DNA of 64,000 bases from Hypanus sabinus (GCF_030144855.1 NC_082714.1:31682001-31746000), one strand, 5' to 3'. Counted from the stretch's first letter, positions 39,605 to 51,503 are shown. Notes: a model not told the origin generated them from the letters alone. Numbers and translations are program-made.

Positions 39605-40391
39605 GTAAAACTTTTCTAAATTTAAAAATGGTAAAATGTTAAATAGTTCTGATGAGCCTTTTTGAGGAAGATCTTATTTTATCATTCCTGCAAAAAAATT
39701 AAAGAAAAATGTTTGTTAAGAGGTGCTGAACATGTGCTCAGTTGTAGTTAAAAATTACTTTGGCACTGCATAAATTGAAAAAAAAACAAAACTAATTTTG
39801 TAAGCTCTGAATTTCATGTGATTGTTTCACATTGAGAAAGCCTTTGAAATGTGGTTCCATTAGAGTGTTAAAATTCAGCTGCTATGTTCCTTATTTGCAA
39901 AATATGTTTTTGTATGCCAAAATCAATAACTCTACTTGGGTATAATAACCTTTGGCCTCATCTGAGGTTCTAACCAGAACACAATGCTTTTATACTAGCT
40001 AGGGCCATGAAAAATTTACACAACTCTGTACACTAATCATCGAAAAAGGGAGCCTGCAATACCTGGAAATATTCTTAAAGCAGTCATCTTTATGTAATTA
40101 TCCTCTACATTTTTATCTGTAGTCTTGTAACTTTTACATCCTCAAGTACCTTTTTGAGTTACATTATTTTCTTTTATGAAATCAACTTTTCAGATCAAGA
40201 TTTAAGATTCTGAGGACTACTGCATTAAATAAATAAATAAATGTGTCTTTTGTGATTTTGAGTGTGTATTTTTTGATTATCTCACTAGGGGAAATAGTTT
40301 CTCTCCATTTCTCATCTCCCTTTAAAGCTGTAATCATTTTATTCTGACTCACCTCTTTGTTCCAAGGATGACAGTTCTAACTTACCCCCAT

Positions 40392-40697
40392 TAAAGATTT
40401 TAAAGATTACCTTTATTTGTCACATATACATCAAAACATGCAGTGAACTATGTCACTTGTGACAATGATCAACACAGTCCATTGGTGTTCTGGGGCAGTT
40501 CACAAATGTTGCCATGCCCACAACTTAACAACCCTTACCCGTATGTCTTTGAAATATGGGAGGAAACCACAGCACCCAGAGGAAACCTATGCAATCATGG
40601 GCAGAATGTACAAACTCTGTATGGACAGCAGCAGGAAATGAACCCCAATCTTACAGCTGATACTGTAAAGTGTTGTACTAGCAGCGATACTACCATA
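40392..40697 (-). mobile_element. tRNA-headed V-SINE-like element with LINE-type 3' tail
   Basis: Minus-strand GGTTTCCTCTGGGTGCTGTGGTTTCCTCCCA core, B-box-like GGTTCATTTCC, AATAAA plus short tandem tail. Confidence 0.65.
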
Positions 40698-41908
40698 ACA
40701 TCCTCTAAAGCCCCTTATCACTGCTAACTTATGGTAAACCTCCCTTGTTTTAAACCCCTAACTTCTTAACCTACATCTAGAATTCTCCACGGTACTCCAG
40801 CTAAAGCCTAAGCAGCAATTTACAAAGTTCTAGTCTGACTTCTTAGTTTTCTATTCTGTACATCTATAAACCAAAGTAACCTATCCAGTGCCTACATTAA
40901 AGTTGTTTGCATACACACCAAGCTCACCCTTGCCAGTACTTTTTAAAAATCATGCCATTTGTATTGTGCTGAATTTCCATAGTTGGCCTCCAAAAAGACA
41001 CACTGTACACTTCTTTGCATCGATAACCATCTTTCATGCTTGTAACTATGTACTACAGTTAGAGAACCTAAACTTAAAATGGTCTGTTGTCTGAGTTCAT
41101 CTCTACCTACTAATTTTTAAGAAGCATTTGATCATCCATTTTTTAAGTAACATTTTAGTTTTACCATTCATGACCAGAGTATAGAAAATGCATGTGAACA
41201 TGTGAATTGGGTGCAGAAGTAGGCACTTGGCCTCTCAAGCTTGTTCCTCCATCCAAAAAGGTCATTGCTGATCTGAATATAACCTCATCCACTCTAATGG
41301 TATTCCAGAAAGCCTTTTGCTCCTTCACATCTAAAGTGCATGCTTAACTACACAGCTCTAGTTAGGTTACACATCTTTCAGTTTTCCATGTCCACATGCA
41401 CTCTTTGAACTTAGCATTCTGTGCTAGTCACAGCACTCAGCTAGTCCTCTGCACAATTCTATTTGTACAAAGGGGCCTCTAACCTCTCCTCAGGACTATT
41501 TCTTAAATGTGACTGAGGGCAGGAAATCAGTGGTATGGCAGATTGAAGTTCTTCATTTAATTTGTAGAATATCCCTGTATTGCTACTAATTAATCATTTC
41601 TTGGTGTACTTTGCCAAGCCCTAATGAGCTATATGTTATTAACCTACTCCTATGGATCCTTTTGTGATCAGCAGTTTATCAGAGTAGTTTTCACCCCTCA
41701 TGGCTTCAAAATGTGGTAAATTCAGTCAATACACATAGCTTGATTGGCAAGACCTAAGATGTGACATAACTCCAGAAAGCTTGAATGTACTTTTTAATTC
41801 CCATTTCTTAATGTAGGATTATTTATAATTAACGAATTGCTTCAGGGAAGGTTTTCCCTTTCATTTCCGTTTTGGATCCCTTACCTTCTTAAACCATTTA
41901 TCTTGCAG

Positions 41909-42075
41909 ATCATGCTCGGCAAATAACCAAGACCATGATGCGGAAACCAATACTTGAACGACTTTTGACTCAAAGGGAAGCAGATATACAAAATTTTGTC
42001 AATTTTATCAGTAAAGATTCTATTCAGAAGTCTCTTGAGATGTACATGGAGATGCTGAAACAAAGAAAAAGCTGA
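41909..42075 (+). CDS. ECI1: ECI1 exon 7 (stop)
   Basis: DHARQITKTMMRKPILERLLTQREADIQNFVNFISKDSIQKSLEMYMEMLKQRKS*; total CDS 921 nt = 306 aa. Confidence 0.97.
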
Positions 42076-42326
42076 ATAACTGTGTTCTTAAACAAGGTGG
42101 CAAAAACTCTCTGAATATCTAATTGTATTTTTCTGTATTTGACCATTCCATTCTGTAATTTCATCAATGAAAATTTGCATCTTTTCCAAAATGAAAGACA
42201 AATGGAAATTTGTGTCTAGACCCTTTACGTTTTAAAATGTGAAAGTGCCTAATTCTGCTGCTAACAGTCTCCTGATCGTGCAGTTTACTCAAGAAGCTTG
42301 TTGAATGCCTGAGTAGCCTAATAGTA

Positions 42327-42332
42327 ATTAAA
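42327..42332 (+). terminator. Candidate ECI1 polyadenylation signal (ATTAAA variant)
   Basis: About 250 nt after the stop and followed by GT/T-rich sequence; the next AATAAA noted is at ~42775 inside a LINE. Confidence 0.4.
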
Positions 42333-42849
42333 ACAATATCTTTCAGTGTAATGTTTACTTATTTGGTTGAATCTTTACAAAACAAGTCCGGGAGTTTTGG
42401 GAATTCAGAATTTAATTTTTGTAGGAACGCTGAACTATTTTTTATTTTCAGAAGAGATTTTTTAAAAGATGCCAATTTCAAGTGAAAAAGTAATTTGTAG
42501 GAAATTGGCAAAGATGTGGAATCAAGTTTACAAAATAACTTGCAGTTGGGGATAGAATTAATCTTTATACAAACTGGTTTTCTCGGTGATCTTAACACAG
42601 TTTTAGTTAAGTGAAAGATAGCCAGTAAACCGATGGTTAAAATCAACTTCTCATTGTGAGGCATCTGGTCTTCCAGACTCAGAATTAGGTTTATTATCAT
42701 TGCTTATATGATGTGAATTGGTTGTTTTGTGGCAGCAATACAGTGTAAAGGCATAAAACTCCTATGAACTAAAAAATAAATAGTGCAAAAAAAGGAATAA
42801 TGAGGTAATGCTTTCATACGCTGTTCAGAAAACTAATGGCAGATGAGAA

Positions 42850-43084
42850 TTTAAAGAGCAAGAACGAGGAAATCTGCAGATGCTGGAAATTCAAACAACA
42901 CACACAAAATGCTGGTGGAACACAGCAGGCCAGGCAGCATCTAGAAGGTAGAAGCACTGTCGACGTTTCGGGCTGAGACCCTTTGACAAGTCCTGACGAA
43001 GGGTCTCGGCCCGAAATGTAGACAGTGATTCTACCTTGTAGATGCTGCCTGGCCTGCTGTGTTCCACCAGCATTTTGTGTGTGT
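42850..43084. mobile_element. Head-to-head Penelope-derived element with hammerhead motifs
   Basis: Arms ~42896-42984 and 42999-43086 are inverted copies; 13-bp TSD TGGCAGATGAGAA at 42837-42849 and 43085-43097. Confidence 0.85.
42990..43023 (+). ncRNA. Minimal type I hammerhead ribozyme motif
   Basis: gtc CTGACGA A GGG TCTCGG CCC GAAA TG TA gac: catalytic core, 3-bp stem II, stem III reduced to AUGU, UA cleavage triplet end, short stem I; activity untested. Confidence 0.7.
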
Positions 43085-43689
43085 TGGCAGATGAGAAGCT
43101 GTTCCTGAATCATTGAGTGTAGATCTTCCAGCTCCTCTATAATGGTAGTAATGAAAAGAGGACATACCCCAGATAGTAAGAATCCTCAAAGATAGATTCC
43201 ACTTTCTTCAGGCACTACCTGCTGTAGATGTCCTCAACGGTAGGAAGGGTTGTGCCCTCGATGGAGCTGGCTGAGTCTATGCAGCTTGTTGGAACCCTAT
43301 ACGTTGGAGGCTCCATATAAGGTGGTGATGCAACCGGTCAGAATGCTCACCATTGTCCTGCGGGGGTCCAGGCTGTGTTGGAGGCTGGACCGTCCTGTCA
43401 GTGGTTCCCTCTAGTGTTCACTTGGAGCAGGACAAGCTGGATTCCTTTTCTCAGTTGCTGCACTGGTGTGTGAATGTGGCTCCAGGACCAACATCCCGTG
43501 CCATCATACAGGCCACGACACTCAGGAACTTGGGCTATATTATTATTTTTTGTGACTGTATGTTTTTCTGCTGCCATAATTATATTGCTGTGTATGACTG
43601 TTGGTATTGTGCTTTGCATCTTGGCCCTGGAGGAACGCTGTTTCGTTTGGCTGTATTCACGTGTATAGTTGAATGACATTGCTATTCTA

Positions 43690-43918
43690 GCACAGGGTAT
43701 CGGAGTTCAGAGTTCAATCACGGCGTCCTCCATACGTCCTCCCATGGAATGCGTGGGTTTCCTCTGCGGGTTTCAGTATCCTCATACTGGGTAGTAGGTT
43801 TAATTGGTCAGTGTAAATTGTCCCATGATTAAGACAGGGTTAAATCTGGGAGTTGCTGGCAGTGCAGCTCAAAGAGCCAGAAGGGCTTATTCTGCACTAT
43901 ATCTCTAAATAAATAAAA
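43690..43918 (+). mobile_element. HE1-like V-SINE (mirror copy 50244-50472)
   Basis: B-box-like GAGTTCAATC, GCGTGGGTTTCCTC core, GGTTTAATTGGTCA.TGTAAATTGTCC, (TAAA)n tail. Confidence 0.75.
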
Positions 43919-44221
43919 ACAGTAAAATAAATAAATTCCATTATAGGTAATCAAGCCAAAAGGTTTAGGATTGGTAATCTTAATTATAGAAGTTCAATGG
44001 TATTTAGCATCATGAATCAGAATATATAATGAAATCTACATCAAAATATTCGTAGTCTGAAACTCACGTTAATGTTAGAAAAAGTAGCTTTTAGACCTTT
44101 GTAGTCTTCAATGGATTTAATGTTGGAAACAGATTTGGATTGAGCAGACTGTTAGCATGTGAGATGGAATTAATAAAGTTCAAAGTTTTAAGTAAATTTG
44201 TTATCAAAGTGTGTACCATGC

Positions 44222-44415
44222 AGGGGAGAACCGTAACCGCATGGGTTTCCTCCGTGTACTCCTGTTTCCTCCCACAGTCCAAAGATACATGGGTTGGTAG
44301 GTTAATTGGTCATTGTAAATTGTCCCGTGATTAGGCTCAGATTAAATTGGGGGATTGTTGGGCGCCACGATTCAAAGAGCCAGACGCTCTTATTCGGTAC
44401 TCTATCTCAGTAAGT
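44222..44415 (+). mobile_element. HE1-like V-SINE (mirror copy 49747-49940)
   Basis: GGGTTTCCTCCG.GTACTCC.GTTTCCTCCCACAGTCCAAAGA core. Confidence 0.75.
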
Positions 44416-44419
44416 AAAC

Positions 44420-45860
44420 TGAACTGAAATGACTTTATTTCTTACATCCTTCACATACGTGAGGAGTGGAAATCTTTACATTGCATCTCCGTCTGAATAT
44501 GAAATGTACAAATTATAGTAGTTTGTAATAAATAGTATATACAGTAAAATATACAACAGAACAGTCGATATAGCATAGAAATACAATTACATCAGCATGA
44601 ATTAATCAATCTGATGGCCTGGTGGAAGAAGCTGTCCTGGAGGCTGTTGGTCTTGGCTTTAATGCTGCGGTACAGTTTCCCGGATGGTAGCAGCTGGAAC
44701 AGTTTGTGGTTTGGGTGACTTGGGTCCCCAAAGATCCTTCAGGCCTTTTTTACACACCTGTCTTTGTAAATATCCTGAATAGTGGGAAGTTCACATCCAC
44801 AGCTGTGCTGGGCTGTCCGCATCACTCTCTGCAGAGTCCTGTGATTGAGGGAAGTACAGTTCCCATACCAGGCAGTGATGCAGCCAGTCAGGATGCTCTC
44901 AAGCGAGCCCCTGTCAAAAGTCCATAGGATTTGGAGACTCATGTTGAACTTCTTCAACTGCCTGAGGTGAAATAGGAGCTGTTGTGCTTTTTTCACCACG
45001 CAGCCAGTACTTATAGACCAAGTGAGATCCTCGGTGATGTGTATCACCCTCTCAACCCCAGATCCATTGATGTCAATAGGGTGAGCCTGTCTCCGTTCCT
45101 CCTATAGTCTACAACCAGCTCCTTTGTTTTTGTAACATTGAGGAAGAGGTTGTTTTCTGGTCACTACTGTGTCAGGGTGATGTCTTCTTCTCTGTCGGCT
45201 ACCTCGTTATTACTTGAGATAGGGCCAGTCAATGTGGTAGCATCTGCAAATTTAATTAGCAGATTGGAGCTGTGGGTGGTGACACAGTCATGGGTATACA
45301 GAGAGTAAAAGAGGGGGCTTAGAACACAGCACTGGGAGGCTCCTGTGTTGAGGATCAGAGGGGCAGAGGTGAGAGAGCCCACCCTTACTACCTGCTGGCG
45401 ATCAGACAGGAAGTCCAGGATCCAGCTGCACAAGTCAGGGTGAAGGCCGAGGTCTCTGAGCTTCTTGTCAAGCCTGGAGGGAATTATGGGATTGAATGCT
45501 GAACTGTAGTGCAAGAACAGCATTCTCATGTAAGCATCCCTCCTCTCCTGGTGTGTAAGGGTGGTGTATAGAGCTGTGGCTATTGCGTCATCTGTCAGTC
45601 GGTTGTGTCGGTAGGTGAATTGTAGGGGGTCCAGTGTGGGTGGAAACATGCTGCAGATGTAATCCTTGGCCAGCCCCTCAAAGCATTTACTTATATTGAG
45701 GTAAGTGCGACAGGACGCCACTTGTTCAGACATGTTACCGAGGTGCAGGTCTCTCCTCGGGGGCCCAGTGTTGTCGACATCGAACCGTGTAAGAAAAAGA
45801 TTTAGCTTATCTGGGAGAGAGGGAGCGATATTGGCAGCACTGCTGTGCTTAGCTTGATGT
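44420..45860 (-). mobile_element. Rex1/Babar LINE RT fragment (mirror copy 48302-49742)
   Basis: ORFs 45164-45733 (LDPLQF, YSSAFN, LSPLFYSLYTHDC, KFAD) and 44739-45047. Confidence 0.88.
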
Positions 45861-46963
45861 TAATTTGCTTGCAGGCACCCACAGGAAAAGAAGGCAATAG
45901 AATCTGTGAAAAGCCATACATAACAAAGACCAACAAATATCCAATATGCAAAAGAGGACAAAGCGTGCAAATAATAAAACAGGTAAACAAACCATACTGT
46001 GAACATGAGCTGCGGAGTCTCTGAAAGGGGATCCACAGGCTGTGGAATCAGCTCAGCACTGAGGCGAGTGAAGCCACCCATGCTGGTCCAGGACCTCAGT
46101 GCTTGTAGAATAACAACTGTTCCTAAACCTGGCGGCATGGGACCCAACGCTCCTGCACTTCCTGCCTGACAGTAGTAATGGGAAGACAAGGAGATGGGTC
46201 AAATGCAAGCAGACAGGACAGATTCAGGTGGGAGATCTTGGCTGGCACAGAGCAGTGGGTCAGAACACTGGTTCATTTTCCATTCTTGGGCCTCAATGCC
46301 CTCTTTTCCAGCAATGACTGACCTTTGTCAAAGTGCCACACCTGCATTCCTAAGAATCAAGTTTGCCAAATCCTTCAGGAGATCGTAAAATCACTAGATC
46401 ATTTAGACAGTTCAAAAGTACATTTCTTAAAGGAAAATTATAGGCTGCAGATTGCAGTGAATATAGTTCATATAAATATATTTCATACAATGCCATTGTC
46501 ATAGTAGATAAACCATGATTATCTCCTGCCAACTTTATTTGCTGATGACATCATTGTTTGCTGGCCGAATCAAAGGTGGTGATGAATCAGCCTTTAGGAG
46601 GATGATTGAAAATCTGGCTGAATGATGCCACAACAACAACCTCTCACTCAATGTCAGCAAAACCAAAGAGCTGATTATCGATTACAGGAGGAGGAAGCTG
46701 AAGGTTCATGAGCCAGTCCTCCTCCAGGAATCAGAGGTGGAGAAGGTTAATAATTTTAAATTCCTCAACATTATCATTTCAGAGGATCTGAACTGGGTCC
46801 AGGACATCATTCTGCCATTACAAAGAAGCAGCTCCACTTTCTTAGAAGTTTGAAAAGATTTTGGCATGTCATCTAAAACTTTGACAAACTTCTTTCGATG
46901 TGTGGTGGAGAGTATATTGACTGGTTGCATCATGGCCTGGTTTGGAAACACCAATGCCCTTCA

Positions 46964-47198
46964 GCCTGATGACTGAAGGGAAATAACTGTTCCTGAACCT
47001 GGTGGTGTGGGGTCTGAGGCTCGTGTACCTCCTTCCTGACGGCAGCAGTGAGAAGAGAGTATGGCCTGAATGGTGGGGGTCCTCGATGATGGATGCTGCT
47101 TTCCTAAGATGCCACTCCTCGTAGGTGTGCTCAGTGGTGGGATGGCTTTACCTATGATGGACTGGGCTGTATCTACTACTTTTTGTGGGCTTTTCCAT
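46964..47198 (-). other. Single-copy palindrome spacer (235 bp), part of a Rex1 LINE continuous with the right arm
   Basis: ORF 46961-47296 runs from the right arm through the spacer; colinear with Rex1 copy 18830-19090. Confidence 0.9.
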
Positions 47199-50100
47199 TG
47201 AAGGGCATTGGTGTTTCCAAACCAGGCCATGATGCAACCAGTCAATATACTCTCCACCACACATCGAAAGAAGTTTGTCAAAGTTTTAGATGACATGCCA
47301 AAATCTTTTCAAACTTCTAAGAAAGTGGAGCTGCTTCTTTGTAATGGCAGAATGATGTCCTGGACCCAGTTCAGATCCTCTGAAATGATAATGTTGAGGA
47401 ATTTAAAATTATTAACCTTCTCCACCTCTGATTCCTGGAGGAGGACTGGCTCATGAACCTTCAGCTTCCTCCTCCTGTAATCGATAATCAGCTCTTTGGT
47501 TTTGCTGACATTGAGTGAGAGGTTGTTGTTGTGGCATCATTCAGCCAGATTTTCAATCATCCTCCTAAAGGCTGATTCATCACCACCTTTGATTCGGCCA
47601 GCAAACAATGATGTCATCAGCAAATAAAGTTGGCAGGAGATAATCATGGTTTATCTACTATGACAATGGCATTGTATGAAATATATTTATATGAACTATA
47701 TTCACTGCAATCTGCAGCCTATAATTTTCCTTTAAGAAATGTACTTTTGAACTGTCTAAATGATCTAGTGATTTTACGATCTCCTGAAGGATTTGGCAAA
47801 CTTGATTCTTAGGAATGCAGGTGTGGCACTTTGACAAAGGTCAGTCATTGCTGGAAAAGAGGGCATTGAGGCCCAAGAATGGAAAATGAACCAGTGTTCT
47901 GACCCACTGCTCTGTGCCAGCCAAGATCTCCCACCTGAATCTGTCCTGTCTGCTTGCATTTGACCCATCTCCTTGTCTTCCCATTACTACTGTCAGGCAG
48001 GAAGTGCAGGAGCGTTGGGTCCCATGCCGCCAGGTTTAGGAACAGTTGTTATTCTACAAGCACTGAGGTCCTGGACCAGCATGGGTGGCTTCACTCGCCT
48101 CAGTGCTGAGCTGATTCCACAGCCTGTGGATCCCCTTTCAGAGACTCCGCAGCTCATGTTCACAGTATGGTTTGTTTACCTGTTTTATTATTTGCACGCT
48201 TTGTCCTCTTTTGCATATTGGATATTTGTTGGTCTTTGTTATGTATGGCTTTTCACAGATTCTATTGCCTTCTTTTCCTGTGGGTGCCTGCAAGCAAATT
48301 AACATCAAGCTAAGCACAGCAGTGCTGCCAATATCGCTCCCTCTCTCCCAGATAAGCTAAATCTTTTTCTTACACGGTTCGATGTCGACAACACTGGGCC
48401 CCCGAGGAGAGACCTGCACCTCGGTAACATGTCTGAACAAGTGGCGTCCTGTCGCACTTACCTCAATATAAGTAAATGCTTTGAGGGGCTGGCCAAGGAT
48501 TACATCTGCAGCATGTTTCCACCCACACTGGACCCCCTACAATTCACCTACCGACACAACCGACTGACAGATGACGCAATAGCCACAGCTCTATACACCA
48601 CCCTTACACACCAGGAGAGGAGGGATGCTTACATGAGAATGCTGTTCTTGCACTACAGTTCAGCATTCAATCCCATAATTCCCTCCAGGCTTGACAAGAA
48701 GCTCAGAGACCTCGGCCTTCACCCTGACTTGTGCAGCTGGATCCTGGACTTCCTGTCTGATCGCCAGCAGGTAGTAAGGGTGGGCTCTCCCACCTCTGCC
48801 CCTCTGATCCTCAACACAGGAGCCTCCCAGTGCTGTGTTCTAAGCCCCCTCTTTTACTCTCTGTATACCCATGACTGTGTCACCACCCACAGCTCCAATC
48901 TGCTAATTAAATTTGCAGATGGTACCACATTGACTGGCCCTATCTCAAGTAATAACGAGGTAGCCGACAGAGAAGAAGACATCACCCTGACACAGTAGTG
49001 ACCAGAAAACAACCTCTTCCTCAATGTTACAAAAACAAAGGAGCTGGTTGTAGACTATAGGAGGAACGGAGACAGGCTCACCCTATTGACATCAATGGAT
49101 CTGGGGTTGAGAGGGTGATACACATCACCGAGGATCTCACTTGGTCTATAAGTACTGGCTGCGTGGTGAAAAAAGCACAACAGCTCCTATTTCACCTCAG
49201 GCAGTTGAAGAAGTTCAACATGAGTCTCCAAATCCTATGGACTTTCGACAGGGGCTCGCTTGAGAGCATCCTGACTGGCTGCATCACTGCCTGGTATGGG
49301 AACTGTACTTCCCTCAATCACAGAACTCTGCAGAGAGTGATGCGGACAGCCCAGCACAGCTGTGGATGTGAACTTCCCACTATTCAGGATATTTACAAAG
49401 ACAGGTGTGTAAAAAAGGCCTGAAGGATCTTTGGGGACCCAAGTCACCCAAACCACAAACTGTTCCAGCTGCTACCATCCGGGAAACAGTACCGCAGCAT
49501 TAAAGCCAAGACCAACAGCCTCCAGGACAGCTTCTTTCACCAGGCCATCAGACTGATTAATTCATGCTGATGTAATTGTATTTCTATGCTATATCGACTG
49601 TTCTGTTGTATATTTTATTGTATATACTATTTATTACAAACTACTATAATTTGTACATTTCATATTCAGACGGAGATGCAATGTAAAGATTTCCACTCCT
49701 CACGTATGTGAAGGATGTAAGAAATAAAGTCATTTCAGTTCAGTTTACTTACTGAGATAGAGTACCGAATAAGAGCGTCTGGCTCTTTGAATCGTGGCGC
49801 CCAACAATCCCCCAATTTAATCTGAGCCTAATCACGGGACAATTTACAATGACCAATTAACCTACCAACCCATGTATCTTTGGACTGTGGGAGGAAACAG
49901 GAGTACACGGAGGAAACCCATGCGGTTACGGTTCTCCCCTGCATGGTACACACTTTGATAACAAATTTACTTAAAACTTTGAACTTTATTAATTCCATCT
50001 CACATGCTAACAGTCTGCTCAATCCAAATCTGTTTCCAACATTAAATCTGTTGAAGGCTACAAAGGTCTAAAAGCTACTTTTTCTAACATTGACGTGAGT

Positions 50101-51164
50101 TTCAGACTACGAACATTTTGATGTAGATTTCATTATATATTCTGATTCATGATGCTAAATACCATTGAACTTCTATAATTAAGATTACCAATCCTAAACC
50201 TTTTGGCTTGATTACCTATAATGGAATTTATTTATTTTACTGTTTTTATTTATTTAGAGATACAGTGCAGAATAAGCCCTTCTGGCTCTTTGAGCTGCAC
50301 TGCCAGCAACTCCCAGATTTAACCCTGTCTTAATCATGGGACAATTTACACTGACCAATTAAACCTACTACCCAGTATGAGGATACTGAAACCCCCAGAG
50401 GAAACCCACGCATTCCACGGGAGGACGTACGGAAGACGCCGTGATTGAACTCTGAACTCCGATACCCTGTGCTAGAATAGCAATGTCATTCAACTATACA
50501 CGTGAATACAGCCAAATGAAAAAGCGTTCCTCCAGTGCCAAGATGCAAAGCACAATACCAACAGTCATACACAGCAATATAATTATGGCAGCAGAAAAAC
50601 ATACAGTCACAAAAAATAATAATATAGCCCAAGTTCCTGAGTGTCGCGCCTGTATGATGGCACGGGATGTTGGTCCTGGAGCCACATTCACACACCAGTG
50701 CAGCCACTGAGAAAAGGAATCCAGCTTGTCCTGCTCCAAGTGAACACTAGAGGGAACCACTGACAGGACGGTCCAGCCTCCAACACAGCCTGGACCCCCG
50801 CAGGACAATGGGGAGCATTCTGACCGGTTGCATCACCACCTTATATGGAGCCTCCAACGTATAGGGTTCCAACAAGCTGCATAGACTCAGCCAGCTCCAT
50901 TGAGGGCACAACCCTTCCTACCGTTGAGGACATCTACAGCAGGTAGTGCCTGAAGAAAGTGGAATCTATCTTTGAGGATTCTTACTATCTGGGGTATGTC
51001 CTCTTTTCATTACTACCATTATAGAGTAGCTGGAAGATCTACACTCAATGATTCAGGAACAGCTTCTCATCTGCCAACACACACAAAATGCTGGTGGAAC
51101 ACAGCAGGCCAGGCAGCATCTACAAGGTAGAATCACTGTCTACGTTTCGGGCCGAGACCCTTCG
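47199..51164 (-). repeat. Right arm of 8.2-kb palindrome (3966 bp)
   Basis: Reverse complement of 42997-46963 with about 27 substitutions and one 1-bp indel by manual count. Confidence 0.98.
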
Positions 51165-51192
51165 GGCTGGACTCATCAGTTAACTACTCATC

Positions 51193-51503
51193 AGGGGTGA
51201 TTAATAAGTTCATGGCCTAAAGTAGAAGATGAGTTATTAACTTCAAACTTTCTGCGTAATCACTCAGAGTTGAACTGCATGTGCACGTAGAGAGCTCGAT
51301 AACTCATCACCGTCTACCTTAGGCCACGAACTTATCAATCACCCATCTGTGGACATTCTCTGGAGGTCCAAGATCCGTATGCTCCATGACCGCTGGACTA
51401 AGTGTGTAAATGTAGAAGGGGACTATGTTGAAAAATAAATGTGCTAGGTTTTCTAAAATAGACGCCTTCCTCCTTAGGCCACGAACTTATCAATCACCCC
51501 TAG
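51193..51503. mobile_element. Non-autonomous mariner derivative with three TIR copies
   Basis: TIR AGGGGTGATT[A/G]ATAAGTTC[A/G]TGGCCTAA at 51193-51220, inverted copies ending at 51344 and 51503 (the latter followed by TA); IRMLHDRWTKCVNVEGDYVEK* (51373-51438) is a mariner transposase C-terminus. Confidence 0.88.

Larger units (their letters stand above)
42678..43350 (-). mobile_element. Rex1/Babar 3' fragment hosting the palindromic Penelope insert
   Basis: TCAGAATTAGGTTTATTATC tail; host sequence continues across the TSD. Confidence 0.75.
42997..46963 (+). repeat. Left arm of 8.2-kb palindrome (3967 bp)
   Basis: Line-by-line reverse-complement match to 47199-51164; mirrored ORF pairs in the track (e.g. 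46706-46954 vs 47208-47456). Confidence 0.98.

Noticed and set aside
41881-41908. U12-type intron before ECI1 exon 7 (CCTTCTTAAAC resembles a U12 branch site)
   Set aside because: The donor is GTAAAA, not RTATCCTT
42997-51164. Giant DNA transposon with 4-kb TIRs (Polinton/Foldback-like)
   Set aside because: Arms are mosaics of unrelated old TEs, the left boundary cuts through an older insert, no TSD was found, and there is no transposase or polymerase
51135-51185. Second hammerhead on the minus strand (CTGATGAGTCC...CGAAACGTA) created at the junction
   Set aside because: Stem II cannot pair beyond one base pair; likely chance juxtaposition
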